DNA of 64,000 nt from Hemiscyllium ocellatum (GCF_020745735.1 NC_083409.1:9227534-9291533), one strand, 5' to 3'; shown: positions 48,850-62,640, counted from the first letter of the stretch. Notes: generated from the sequence alone by a model not told the origin. Made by a program: numbers and translations.

Positions 48850-50760
48850 GCTTTAGATTTCCAAAAGATTTTCTTATTTAGAAAATAGTCTTTGCATCTC
48901 TTCTTCCTCCCAAAGTGCACACCTTCACACTGTAACACATTGTATTCTATCTGCCACTTCTTTGTCCACTCTCCGAGCCTATCCAGGAGCTTTTACATTC
49001 TTCCCACTTCCTCAACACTACCTGTCCCTCCACCTATCTCATGTCATCTGCAAACTTAGCAACAATGTCTTCACTTCCTCCATCCAGATTGTTAATGTAT
49101 AACGTGAATAGTTATGGTCCCAACATTGACCCCTACATGACTCTACCAGTCACAAACGGCCATTTTTCCTCACTCTCTGCTTTATGCCAACCTGCCAGTC
49201 CTTAGTCCATGCCAGTGCCTCGGCCCTCACACTGTATGCTCTTATCTAATGTCAAAGGCCTTCCAGAAATCCAAATACATTACTTCCTTTGACTCTCCTT
49301 TGTCTGACTGGCTCATTGCCTCCTCAAAGAATTCTAACAGATTTGCCAGGCATGACCTCCCCTTGATGAAGCCGTGTTGACTCAGCCCTAGTTTACAATT
49401 GCACCTCCAAATCCTCTGCAATTTCATCCTTAAATTGAAGTCTAAAACCTTACCAACAACTGGGTCTAGGCTAACTGGCCTATAATTTCCCATCTTCTCC
49501 CTCCTCCCTCCCTTCTTAAACAGGGCTGTTATGTGAGCCACTTTCCAGTCCCTTGCCCCCATCAGATCCCTGTCCACCACACTGTCATACCCTGACTCCA
49601 TCGATTCCTGAAAGATCATCTCCAATACCTCCATAATTTACTCAGTGATCTCCTTCAGAACACACTCATGTTGTTCATCTAGTCTGGGTGAGTTATCCAC
49701 ATTCAACCTTTCAGCTTCGATTCAATTCCTCTGCTATTTCTTCACTTCCTATAATACTTTCTCCAGCCTCATTTTCCAATGTCTATTTTTGCCTTCCTCT
49801 TCCTTTTTATACATCTGATAAAACTCGTGCAATCTTCTTTTGTATTACCGGCTAACTTACCCCCACATTTCCCCTTCTCCACCTTTAATGCTTTTTTATT
49901 TATCCTCTCCAGGTTTTTAAAGGCTTCCTAACCCTCTGGCTTCCCACTTTTCTCTACCACATTGTGCATTTTTTTCTTTTGCTTTTATGCTGTCCGTGAC
50001 TTCCCTCACCAGCCATGGTTGCCTTGTCCTCCCCTTAGTATGTTTCTTCTTTTTTCGGATGAATTCCTGCTCTGCTTCCTGAATTATGCCCAGAAACCCT
50101 GCTGTTTGCTGCCCCACCATCTTACCTGCTCGGCTCCCCTTCCAACCAACTCTGGTCAACTCCTTCCTCATGTCTTTATTGTTCCCTTTACTCAACTGAA
50201 ATACAGATCCATCTGATTGCAGCTTCTCCCTCTCAAACTACAGGGGGAATTCTATCATATTATGATCATTTTTCCAGAAGGATACTTTCACCTTCAGCTC
50301 ATTAATCAAGTTTGCCTCATTCCACATCACTGAATCCAGAACTGCCTGTTCCATAATGGCTCAACCACAAGCTGCTCCAAAAACGATCTTGTAGACATCC
50401 ATGAAAACCTTTTCTTGAGACGCGCTACCCAGTCCACCTATCCATTGAGGTCTGCCCTGACATTTTGTATACGGCTTTTCTGTCTCCTGATTGATTTCCT
50501 TCTCCACACCCTGATTACTGCTTGGAGATCTGGACATAACTTGCATCATATTCTTTATTTCTTGCGGTTCCTCAACTCTACCCACACACATTCTACACCT
50601 TTTGACTCTATCTCACTTCTTGCTTTGATTTAATTTAATATCGTACTAACAAGGCAACTCTTCCCCCTCTGTCCATCTGCCTGTTCTTTTGATGGGACAT
50701 ATATCCTTGGATATTTAGTTCCCAGCCCGGATCCCCTTACAGCCATGTCTCTGTGATACC
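48850..50760 (-). mobile_element. CR1-like LINE EN/RT fragments in the J-C intron
   Basis: GNYRPVSL…SQHGFIKGRSCLANLLEFFE…YLDFWKAFD (49242-49634). Confidence 0.8.
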
Positions 50761-53224
50761 CACAACATCGTACCTGCCAGTTTCAATCTGCACTACCAGC
50801 TCATTGCGTATACTGTGTGCTTTTAAGTCCAACACCTTCAGTCCTGCATTGACTGCCCTCCTTCTCATCATTATCCTCTTATCTGCTGTGCTTGATGCTC
50901 GACTCTTGTTCCTTTCTGTACTCTCTCTCCTGGTATGCCTTCTAGAAACCGAATAGCCTCTCTTGAGACCTCCTCCACTTTAACTAGTTTAAATTCCTTG
51001 GAAACTCAATTTACCTCGATTTATGGCATCACTTTGTCTGCCTTACTCGGAATGCTTCGTGCATTTAGATACAAACCCTTTAAGTTTGTTCTATTGTTTG
51101 TTTTCCCTGCACTTTTATGGTTCCTTTAAAATTCAAAAATTCTATCCCTTCCTTTTATTTTCTGGTAACAATCAATCCCATCACTAACCAGCAATCCTAC
51201 CTACTCCTTTACCTTCCATTTTCTCATTTTCCATCCAACGGAACCAAATTCCTTTCTCTTTGGGTTGAGTTCAGGACAATATTTATCCTTGGACCAACAT
51301 CATGAAAAATGCTCTTTGATCTCATTGCTTCTAGTGGGATCTTGCTGTGTAGAAATTGGCTGCCCCTTTCCTGACATTGCAACAGTGACTTGTTTTAAAA
51401 CAAAATGTAAATGTCTTTGGGAGAGCCTGAGGTGTTAGGGGCTCGATTGAAATACAATTACAGTTATGGAGATGTACAGCAGAGAAACTGACCCTTCAGT
51501 CCAAGTCATCCATCCTGACCAGATACCCTAAATTAATCTAGTCCCATTTGCCAGCATGAGGCCCATGTCGCTCTCAACCCTTCCTATACATATACCCATC
51601 CAGATGGCTTTTTAAATATTGTAATCATACCAGCCTCCACCACTCCCTCTGGCAGCCCATTCCAAAAATGTACGACCCTCTGCATGAAAACGTTGCACCT
51701 TAGGTCCTTTTTAAATCTTTCCCCTGTCACCTTCAACCTATGCCCTCTAGTTCTGGACTCCCCCACTCTGAAGAAAAGATCTACTCTATTCACCGTATCT
51801 ATACCCCTCATGATTTTATAAACCACTGTGTGGTCACCCCTCAGCCTCCAACAATCCAGGGAAAATAGTCTCAGTCTATTCAGCTTCCTCCGATAGCTCA
51901 AACTCTCCAACCTTGGTAACACACTTAAAAAACTTTTCTGAAGCATTTTAAGGTTCACAATATTGTTCCTACAGCAGGGAGACCAGAATTACACACCGTA
52001 TTCCAAAACTGACCAATGTCTGGCACAACCACAACAGCTCCCAACTCCAATACTCAATGCGCTGCCCAATAAAGGAAACCATACCAAGTTACTTCGTCAC
52101 TCCCCTACCTACCTGCAACTCCACTTGCACGGAACTTTTTTTTTGGTTGAACTGGGAGTCTTTCAGATGTGAAAGGTGCCATTTCATGGCACTGTTGGAT
52201 GAAGAGCAGGCAGTTCCTTCTGGTGTACCTGGTCACTATTTATCCCCCAATAAAAATCACTAAAAATCTATTTCTCTGCTAATTATCATACTGTGTTTGG
52301 GATCTCACTGCACAAAGTCTGCTGGAAAGAGCCATTGGGACATCCTGAGCTGGGGACAGGTGCTACACAAATGCAGGTCTTTCTTTAAGGTTAGAGTCTC
52401 TTGATCCTGAACCTCACCCATTGTCTGCGCACTCTCACCGTCCAGGAGGCATGAGGTCATTAGGAGCCGTGACCCTGCCTGACCCCAGGTCACTGAGACT
52501 CTTTGCAGCCTCACCCTTGATCTCAGCCCAGTGGTGTGCAGCAAGGTTTGAAATGTATTCAAGAGCATTCTACACAGACACGCCAATGTGACTCCTTCCC
52601 GAAATGTTTGGATCCAAGTCTGCTCCAATGTTCTCGGATAAAGTTCTCCTCATCTGTGGGTAATCCGAGGTTTGTTAAAGAGGGATCGAGCTCCATCCCA
52701 CTCTCCAGCTCTTGCTCCATAGCTCTGGATGTTTCGCTGTTCCAAGTGAATATCCAAGTGTTTTTTTTCAATGTGATGAGGGTTTCTGCATCTCCCAACC
52801 TTTCAGACAGTGAGTCCCAGATCCCATCAGCCTCTGGGTGAAAACAATTACTCCTCAATTCACCTCGAACCCTGTCCCCAATTCATTTCAATCTCTCCCC
52901 ATGGTTATTGCCCTCTCTGCTGATGGAAATCAGTCCTTCCTACCAATTCTATCTTGGCCCTCATCAGTTTACATACCTTGATCAAATCTCCCCTCAGCCT
53001 TCTCTGTTCCAAAGAAAACAGTCCCAGCCAAACCAATCATTCCTCAAAACTAAAACTCCCCATTCCTGACAAAATCCTCCACTGTCCCCATCACTCAGGG
53101 GATCATATCCTTCCTGTAATGTGGTGACCAGAACTGTACCCTGTTCTCTCACTGTGCTCTAACTGGGGTTTGATAAAGTTACAGAATAAACAAATTTCTT
53201 GCTTTCACTCTCAACCAAAAATGA

Positions 53225-53570
53225 GATAAGGGAGGTGATGGCCTAATAGTATTATTGCTGACCTGTTAATCCAGAGATCCAGATTAATGTTCTAGGGACC
53301 AGGGCAGAATCCTGCCACAGCAGATGGTGGAATTTGAATTCAATTTAAAAAATCTGGAATTAAGTGTCTGATGATGACCATGAAACAATTGTTGATTGTC
53401 AGGAAAAAAAGCCATCTGATTCCCTAATGTCCTTTAGGGAAGGAAACTGCCATCCTTCCCATGTGACTCCAGACCCACAGCAATGTGGTTGACTCTAAAA
53501 TGCCCTCTGGAGATTTGCGATGGGCAATAAATGCTGCCGATCCAGCAATGCCCTCATTCCATCAAGGGAA
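53225..53570 (+). mobile_element. Old SINE, tentatively SacSINE1/DeuSINE-like
   Basis: CCCACAGCAATGTGGTTGACTCT central motif and a GGGCAATAAATGCTG tail shared with the LINE at 21925-23090; family name is from recall only. Confidence 0.45.
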
Positions 53571-54884
53571 AAAGAAAAACTGTTTATCCCATGTGTCTTC
53601 TGAACCACCTCACTGACCTGCATTCATTAATCACCATGGCCACATCTTCCAGCTCCACACACATCTGACTTCCAGCCTCAAGCTGACGACAAACATTCCT
53701 TCATTATCTGAGAAACGGACAGAAACATCAAACACAGGAGCAGCAGTAGGCCATTCGGCCCCTCAAGCCTGCTCCACCATTCAATATGATCATGGCCGAT
53801 CATCCAACACTGTCCCCTGTTCCTGCTCGCTCCCCACATTCTTTGAACTCATTAATCTTAAGAACTGTATCTAATTCCTTCTTGAACACATACCGCATTT
53901 AATTCTCTCATGCTGGTAAATTGATGAGAAGTATTGAGTTGTTTTTTGACACAATGATCCGTTGGGCCTTTTGGGTCTCTCTGACTCTGACTCTATTATT
54001 ATATATTATGAATAACTGGGTACCAAGGACTGATCCCTGTGGTACCCCAACTGGTAAATATCTGCCATTCAGAAAAAAGACTCGCCCTTCCTGTCCTGTC
54101 TGCCAAACAGTTCTCAATCCATGTCAGTACCTGACCCCCATACTCTTGTTTGTTGGGATTTCTTTGATTCAGTTGGACACAGTTAATCCTGTCTTTGCCT
54201 TCCTCAGGTCCTGTTCAATGTCACCCCTGCATTTTCGATCCTCCTCTGGGCTTTCTGCAGATAACTCCAGATAACCAACATCACCTTCCCTGTTTAATCT
54301 TCCCTACTCTGGCTGCCTTTTGACATCCCAGGCTGAGAGTCTAGATTTGGGAGTCCCACCCTTACTCATTGTGGGAAAAGATTCTGAACAATCTCTGTCT
54401 TTTCTTTTGAGGGATCCCACTGCCCTGGCATTGATTTCACATGATGGCGTTGGTTCCAGTCCACTTTTACTAAATCATCGCACAGTTTAGTAAAATAATT
54501 CATTCCCAAGTGAAAACGTTAACACTTGCTCCATGGTTCTCCATTTCCATCCCTACTCTCAATCTCACTGAGTTCTGGTCACTGTCACTAAACTTATCCC
54601 CCATTGAGAACTCTTCCAACTGCCCACATTCATTCCCTAAACAAGGGTCCAAACTTGTTCCTTGTCTTTCCCCATCACCTTCTCTGGGAAATTAGGGATG
54701 AGAAATAAATGCTGGCTCTGCTAGTGACACTCACTCCCAAGAAGCAATTTAAACAATACCTGTTCTTTTTTGTCGGGATTGGTAGGTATTGTATACAAAT
54801 GTTCAAACATTGTACCAGTGAATGTTCTGAGAGTTGAAGTTTCTTCAAAAGGCAGGGATTAAAATTGTTTCTCTTGTCTTTCTG

Positions 54885-55213
54885 GCCGTGAGAACTCTCA
54901 GCCCAAGCTGACCCTGCTGCCCCCCTCCCCGGAGCAGGTCAATGCCAAGGGCACTGCCACCCTGGTGTGCCTTGCCAATCACTTCTATCCCGATGAGCTG
55001 GAGGTGCAGTGGAAGAAGGATGGTGCAGTCATTTCGGACGGGGTTCAGACCAGCAACTACCTGCGAGCTTCGGACAGCACCTACAGTGTCAGCAGCCTGC
55101 TGACCCTCTCTGGGTCTGACTGGGAGTCCAACGCTCGCTTCTCCTGTGCCCTCACCCACGTGACCCTCCCCTCTCCCCTCAGCAAGACCATCAGAAGATC
55201 AGAATGTGTGTAG
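54885..55213 (+). CDS. IGKC: Ig kappa-type (NS4-like) light-chain constant exon; ORF intact but splice acceptor reads TG
   Basis: (S)RENSQPKLTLLPPSPEQVNAKGTATLVCLANHFYPDELEVQWKKDG...FSCALTHVTLPSPLSKTIRRSECV*: C1-set Cys/Trp/Cys plus terminal interchain Cys. A polypyrimidine tract precedes TTTCTG|GCCGT, so AG is absent at 54883-54884. Confidence 0.93.
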
Positions 55214-55737
55214 AGTGTGTGAGACAATCCACAGAGGAGACACAACTTTAAATAGAACAGGGCTGAGCTGGAAGGACAAAGGTCATTGTCAGCACTAAAT
55301 GTCAACGCTCCTCCTTCTCAGGACTGGCCTAGGGGATACTTATGAGGTTCAGGAGTTAAGGCAGTTCATTGGGACAGCGTAGAGAGAGCTTTATCCTATG
55401 TAAAACCTCATGCTGTCCTTGTCCTGGGAGCGTTTGACAGGTCAGGGTTGACTTGTGATGCTAAGTAAAATCTCTTGAAGATGCTGAAAAGTGCCAGCTG
55501 TACAAAACAATGTGAACCTCAGAAGTCTCTGCTTCAGTAAACCAGATCTCCTTCCTGCTCAGCCACCAGTTCCAATTCAAGGTTTTTATCACTGTTTAAA
55601 GGGACAGGATTCTCATGTTACTGAGAAAACCTCCACAAGTGTTTTCCTCAAGCACCATTGTGGCTGTGAATTTGAGCAGCTTCCTCTGTCTGGGCTGTTA
55701 ATTTTAGTGTTTATTCTCCCAAAGCCAATCAAATCAG

Positions 55738-55780
55738 ATTAAAGTTGAAGAAGATTCAGTCTCTGTTTCTGTGTGCTTTG
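55738..55780 (+). terminator. Candidate polyadenylation signal for the C exon
   Basis: ATTAAA at 55738-55743 followed by a GT/T-rich tract (TCTCTGTTTCTGTGTGCTTT); I saw no AATAAA closer to the stop. Confidence 0.4.
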
Positions 55781-56094
55781 GAAATGGATCACTCCCTTCA
55801 GCTGATTGGATGCATTTCAGCACAGCATTGTCACAATTGGCTGTTTGGTCTGTCAATCAGTAAGACTTTCATTGTAGTATGGACTGACAGCTAATCATTA
55901 ATCATTTTCAAATGATCCCTTTGATTTCAAAACTGTGGAGGTTATAGTTTCCAAACAAAACAGAAACTGAAAGTTGTTGGGACTCAGTAATTACAATCTG
56001 AGGCATTCCCTCTTCACTCTTTTGATCCAGGTAGAGTTGCTGGGATAGTACTGTGCGCTCTCTGCTGCATGCTGGATAGTACCTGTAATGTTCT

Positions 56095-56670
56095 TAGGCC
56101 AGTCACTGAGAATGGAGGCTGTGTGTCTCTCTGAGTGTGAGTGTGAGTGTGCATGTATTACATAATGCTGCCTGAGGTGTCACTGTGAGTGTGGGTGTGT
56201 TATTCAGAAACACCGACATGCAGCACTGAGTAACATGTTCACACTCAGAGAGACACCTCCAGGCAGCATGGACTGTGAGCATGTTACTCAGTGCTCAGAG
56301 AGTGTGGTGATGGAAAAGCATAGCAGGTCAGGCAACATCCGAGGAGCAGGAGAATCAATGCCTTCATCAGGAAAATTCCTTCATCAGGAAAATTCCTTCA
56401 TCAGGATGTCCAAAGCGTTGATTTTGCTGCTGCTCAGATGCTGCCTGACCTGCTGTGCTTTTCAAGTACCACACTCTCGACTCTAAGCTCCAGCATCTGC
56501 AGTCCTCACTTTTGTCTTGTTACTCAGTGCTGCCTGGCACTCTGAGTGTGTGTGTTACTCAGTGTTGCCTGTAGATATCTCTCTGAGTGTGTATGTTATT
56601 CTGTACTGCCTGTCAGTATCTCATTGAGTGCGAATGTGTTACTCTGTGCTGCCTGTAGGTGTCTCTGAGG
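56095..56670. repeat. Degenerate minisatellite of roughly 47 bp (TTACTCAGTGCTGCCTG…CTCTGAGTGTG) downstream of C, with an inverted unit
   Basis: Recurring units at 56100-56200 and 56520-56670; a reverse-complement unit at about 56220-56270. Confidence 0.65.
56275..56515. mobile_element. Palindromic pair of Penelope termini
   Basis: Left arm is the reverse complement of the right arm; the centre carries CCTTCATCAGGA three times at a 17-bp period. Confidence 0.7.
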
Positions 56671-58502
56671 TATTTGTCTCTGATGGAAATTGAATGGGCT
56701 TTGTGATGGGAATTGAAGATTTGGCTTTAATCGTCTCAAATCATGAATGAAAAACAATTCAGTCTGAAATGGCGCCTCAGTGAGACGGGCAAAGTTAAAA
56801 ATCACACAACACCAGGTTATAGTCCAACAGGTTTCTTTGGAAGTACACGCTTTCAGAGCTCCTTCATCAGGCAGCTAGTGGGGCAGGATCATAGTTGACA
56901 GAATTTACAGTGAAATTGAGATGGCAACTGAGAAAGGTGAATACTGAGAGTGTGTTCTCAGTAAGGGAGGGATTTCAGAGGCAGTGGGCACTGTGCTCCC
57001 TAATGTGTTGCCTGATTACAAGGGGATTTTTTGGATCCAGGGTCATTGCAGTTGTGGCTGCCTGCCCAGCCAGTGCTGACTACCCATAGTCATATTTCAA
57101 TGGTCAATTAGCTCTAAACTAGGTGCAGTAATATTACATTACAGAGAGGGGAGCTGTCTGAACGAGGGTGGTTGAATTCTTGCAGCCCCAAGGGGGGTTG
57201 CAGTGGATTAATGAAGGGCTCTACCAACATGAAGGTGCCACCTTCTCTCCCCCTGCCTCAGCTGTGGTGACCCTTGGATTAAACTCACCACCATTTGGCT
57301 CTGTCTGTAATGAGTGAGTGGGACTACGCTCCTCTGGGATTAGATTAGATTAGATTACCTACAGTGTGGAAACAGGCCTTTCGGCCCAAACAATCCACAC
57401 CGACCCTCCAAACAGTAATCCAACCCATTTCCCTCTGACTAATGCACCTAACACTATGGGCAATTTAACATGGCCAATTCACCTGATTTGCACATCTTTG
57501 GACTGTGGGAGGAAACCAGGGCACCCGGAGGAAACCCAGGCAGACACAAGGAGAATGTGCAAACTCCACACAGACATTCACCCGAGGCTGGAATCGAACC
57601 TGGGAACCTGGCGCTGTGAGGCAGCAGTGCTAGCAGGGATGATGACCACGTTGCTGGGTGATGGAGGGAAGGTCAACCTCACCCAAAGGCAGCACAAGCT
57701 GGACTGAAGGGGTATCAAGAGTAAGTATGAGGAGATTGAGGGTAACAGAAGGAGGGGGTTGGTTGGCAGGTTGTTATTCAGAGTCAGGTACCAGAGTATC
57801 AGTCCTTCTGACACTCCCCTTTTTATCTGTCAGCCAGGGCTCCGTGATTGGACAAGGTTAAACCCCATCAGGGACTCATATTTAATCAGAAAAAAAATGA
57901 ACACTTATCGAACAAGGAGCGCAAGAGCTAAAGGACACTGAACAATATGAATGGTTTGAAAGATTCCTTTACGAACATCGCAAATGAGATTTGGGAAAGT
58001 AACTCTTTCACTCAGAGGGTGATGGGAATCTGGAATGGACTGTCATAGAATCCCTACAGTGTGGAAACAGGCCATTTGGTGCAACACGTCCCGACCAATC
58101 CTCCGAAGAGAAATTCACCCAAGATCCACTCCCCTTGGCTATTTCCCCTGACTAACACACCTAACTAACACATCCCTGAACACTATGGGCAATTTTAGAA
58201 TGGCCAGTTCACCTAACCTGCACATCTTTGGATTGTGGGGAGGAAACTGGAGCATACAGAGGAAAAACACCCAGACACGGGGAGACTGTGCAAACTCCAC
58301 ACAGATACCCGGGGCTGGAATCGACCCGGGTCCCTAGTGCTGTGAGGCAGCAGTACTAACCACTGAGCCACCATGCCACCCATAAAAAAGCCCAGAGAGT
58401 TGAGATTTCATTCAGCTCCAAGAGTCTGATGTGACACAAACTATAAACTCGCAACCCTCTGTCAGGGAAGGTAGTGGAGGGTAGAGACTTTACAACCTTA
58501 GT

Positions 58503-58818
58503 GGGCGGCACGGTGGCACAGTGGTTAGCACTGCTGTCTCACAGCGCCTGAGACCCGGGTTCAATTCCCGATTCAGGCGACTGACTGTGTGGAGTTTGCA
58601 CGTTCTCCCCGTGACTGCGTGGGTTTCCTCTGGGTGCTCCGGTTTCCTCCCACAGTCCAAAGATGTGCTGGTCAGGTGAATTGGCCATGCTAAATTGCCC
58701 GTAGTGTTAGGTAGGGGTAAATATAGGGGTATGGGTGGGTTGCCCTTCGGTGGTCGGTGTGGACTTGTTGGGCCGAAGGGCCTGTTTCCACACTGTAAGT
58801 AATCTAATCTAAAAAAAA
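58503..58818 (+). mobile_element. Young tRNA-derived SINE (HE1-type)
   Basis: Pol III A box TGGCACAGTGG (58514-58524), B box GGTTCAATTCC (58558-58568), CR1-like tail ending TAATCTAATCT-polyA. Confidence 0.9.
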
Positions 58819-61800
58819 CCTTGAATATCATAACATTCATGGATTTGGGACACCGGCACGATATTCGGTTGTAATTATGTTCGTGCAGACTCAATGGGCC
58901 AAAATGCCTTTTCTATGCTGTATCTATGCTGAGAGGGCTGTGCAGGTTAATGGTGACTACTATCGAAGGTGTCGAAGGTGGCAAATACATGATCAAGGGT
59001 CAGAGGAAATGGTTCAAGCTTCAGTGAAGGCCCAAGTAGGAGCTTGGAAGGAGGGTCAAGACTAATGGAGGCAAGGCCAATGGAGACTGAGCGAGGGCAC
59101 AGAGTGCTGGCTGGCATCTCCAGGGGTTGTCGTGAGGAATATGGGGACAAGAGGGGAGTACAGTTTCAGATGAAATGCGACCTTTGCCAGCAGCATGACC
59201 TTCAGCACCAGGGGGTGCCCCTGACTGTGTCAGGCTCACTGACTGCTCTCTGTGTGATTCCACACAGCCACTCGTCTGGTCACCATGCAAAGTCTAGCAC
59301 ATGTTTATACTACAGGCTACAGCACAGTCTGCACCCAGCATCTGCATCTTCTGTCGATGCCACTGTCTATACACACCGTCTGCACCCTCCGTTTACACCC
59401 CATGTCCAAACCCACTGTCTACACCGTTGTCTGCACCCTCCATCCACACCTCCCATCTTTCTGCTGTTGTCAGATTGTATTCAATGATTCCATTGAGCTT
59501 ACTGCAACAGAAGCCTGAATTTTAGAACTGGCAATGACTGTCCTCTCACCCTGACCTTCAACGTCTGTCTTCCATGATGCGGTGATTAATATTAATGACT
59601 GAATGCCATTTGATTTCTGTGAAGGCAGGACTGATGTATAAAGAGAGGTTGAGTTGGTGAGGATTGTGTTCATTGGAGTTTAGAAGAATGAAGGAAGGGA
59701 ATCTTGTACAAAGGTATAAAATTGGAACAGGACGAGACATGTTAGATGGAGGAAGGATGTTCCAAATGGTGGGGAAGTCCAGAACCAGGCTCATAGTTTA
59801 AGGTTAAGGGGTAAACTCTATAGGATAGAGATGAGGAAAAATGTTTTCACCCAGGGAGTGGTGAGCCTGTGGAATTCTCTGTCACAGAAAGTTGTTGAGG
59901 CCAAAACATTATGTTTTCAAGAACGGGGTAGAGATAGCTCTTGTGGCTGAAGATTCAAGGGATATGGGGTAGGGAGGGATTACAGTGTAGTGCTCGATGA
60001 TCAGCCATGACCATAGATAGATTCTTGATGACTGAAGGGATGAAACATTATCAGAGAATGTAGAATTGAGGTTAAAATCAGATCAGCCATAAGGGCCGAG
60101 TGGCCTACTTTTGTTCCTTGCCCATATGTTGCCTCATACACTTTCACACAATCGAAGACTGTCATTTGTATATTCTACCTGCAGATTAAGCTGCATGTGC
60201 AATAGGCCTCATCTGTACAGTGTTTTCTCCAGCCTTTCACCATGATATAGTTAAGATAATGGTCCCATAATCAATCCATTAACTTTGTAAGTTAGTTTAT
60301 TTAAAGCAAAAAAACACATTACAAGTCGTGAAGCAGACATTACAGCAAGCAAGAATGGACTGCACTGAGGCTCAGTGGTCAGCACTGCTGTCCCACAGCG
60401 CCAGGGACCCAGGTTCGATTCCAGCCTCGGGCAACTGTCTGTTTGGAGTTTGCACATTCTCCCCGTGTCTGTGGGTTTCCTCTGGATGTTCCGGTTTCTT
60501 CCCACAGTCAAAAGATGTGCAGGTTCGGTGAATTGGCCAAACTAAATTGTCCATGGTGTTCAGGGATGTGTGGGTTAGGTGCAGTAGTCAGGGAATATGT
60601 AGAGTAATGGGGTGGAGGAGTGGGATGCTCTTTGGAGGGTCAGTGTGGAGGCCTATTTCCACACTGTAGGGATTCTGTGAATTGATCTTGGTCTGTGCAG
60701 CTTGCAGGCTCACAGATGACTAACTGGTGGGTAGAATTCAACACCGTACATACACAGGGTTGGATTTTCTTAAAGGTAATGTGTGCACACAGCACACAGC
60801 TACTGAACATCAAGGCAAGATAGTTACATTCTCTCTTGTTGGAGACAGTCATTGCCTGGCAGCTGTGTGGCACAAATGTAACCTTATTCATGTTCCAAAC
60901 CCACATCTCTATCAATAAAATGCTTTGGAACATCCTCAGGTAACAAAAAGTGCTATACATTTGGGGTGGCACGATGGCTCAGTGGTTGGCACTGCTGCCT
61001 CACAGCGTCAGGGACCCGCCTCAGGCAAGTCTGTGTGGAGTTTTCACGTTCTCCCTGTATCTGTGTGAGCTTCCGCCAGGAACTCTGGCTTCCTCCCACG
61101 GTCCTAAAGATCTGCAGGCTGGTAAATTGGCCATGCTAAATTGCCTACAGTGTCCAGGGATGAGCAGGCTATGTGGATTAGCCATTGGAAAATACAGGCA
61201 TAGCATCTGGGTCTGGATGGAATGCTCTTCAGAGGGGTGGTGTGGACTCGATAGGCTGAATGACCTACTTCCACACTATATGGATTCTGTGATACAAATG
61301 AAAGTTACTTCTTTCCATTCTAGCCCTGTAGCATGCAAGTGGTTCTGTCTCATATCCACTCAAGATATGGCAACTCTTTGAAGAAAGGAGCAGCCTCTAT
61401 TCTTTTGGAAATTACTTCTTCCAATCTGTGTCCTTCACAGCCTTGTAGACAGCAACAATGAGATCGGGAAATAACCCAAAGATATAATCTTCTGGACTCT
61501 TCATTAAACTGTGGAACCTGAAAAGTACAATTAATGTCCAAGTCAATGAAGATATTTCTCAGCAATCCTTAAATACTGAGGTTTAGTACTCAGCAGGCCC
61601 CAGGAGTCAAAATAACCGAGTAGATCATTGCTCTGAATTGCTCATAGATGTTACCTTCACATTTCTGGAGGCTTTGATCAAAAAGGTTGCTTACTCCTCT
61701 CCAATATACAGCTTAAAATCAGCTCCAACTCCCAACCATCCAGCTGAGAGCGGAGCCCTGTACAAACTGGAACCTGGTCAGTGGGAGCACTGTCACCTCT

Positions 61801-61839
61801 GTCTCAGAAGCTTTGTCTATTTAAACCAGTGTCTTAGTC

Positions 61840-62640
61840 AGAGAGTCATTCAGCACGGAAACAGACCCTTCGGTTCAACTCATCCGTGCCAACCAGACAT
61901 CCTAATCTAATTCCATTTGCCATGATTTAGCCCTTATCCCTCTAAACCCTTCCCATTCATGGACCCATATAAATTGTACCAGCTTCCACCACTTCCACTG
62001 GCAGCTCATTCCGTGCATGCACCATCCTCTGCATGAAAAGTTGCCCCTTAGTTCCCTTACAAATTCTTCCTCTATTACCTTAAACCTATATCCTCTAGTT
62101 TTGGACTGACATACCCTGGGAAACAGACCTTGGATATTCACCTTATCGATGCCCCTCATGATTTTATAAACCTCCAGAAGTGCACCCCTCAACCTTCAAC
62201 GCTGCAGGGAAAGTAGCCCCAATCTATTCAGCCTCTCCCTGTAGCTCAAGCCCTCCAATCCCGGCAACATCCTTGCAAATCTTTTTTTGCCCCCTTTCAA
62301 GTTTAAGAACATTATTCTGATAGTAGGAAGACCAGAACTGAGCCTTGTATTCTCAAGGTGTCTTCACCAATGGTCACTTTGGTGGACAGCCAGAACATGA
62401 CATCCCAACTCCTTTACTCAACGCACAGACCAATAAAGGCAAGTGTACCAATCACCTTCGTCACTACCCTATCTATCCATTGCTTCACTTTCAAGGAACT
62501 GTGAGCCTGCACTCCAAGATTTCGTTGCTCAGCAACACTCTCCAGGAACCTGCCCTGATTTGCCTTCCCAAAAAGCAATGCCTTACACTTATCTAAATTA
62601 AACTCCATCTCCCACTCCTTGTCCATTGGCCCATCTGAAC
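61840..62640 (-). mobile_element. CR1-like LINE 3' end
   Basis: ORFs 61902-62192 and 62414-62653 with CR1 C-terminal motifs. Confidence 0.8.

Noticed and set aside
52440-52500. Cluster of nuclear-receptor half-sites (AGGTCA/TGACCC) in the J-C intron
   Set aside because: The paralogous region is outside the window, so conservation cannot be tested; I also found no convincing NF-kB site in this intron.
59040-59490. ORF 59044-59487 as a Harbinger-type transposase or novel gene
   Set aside because: Only a GDK tripeptide resembles the motif; the rest is low-complexity sequence with no splice or domain support.
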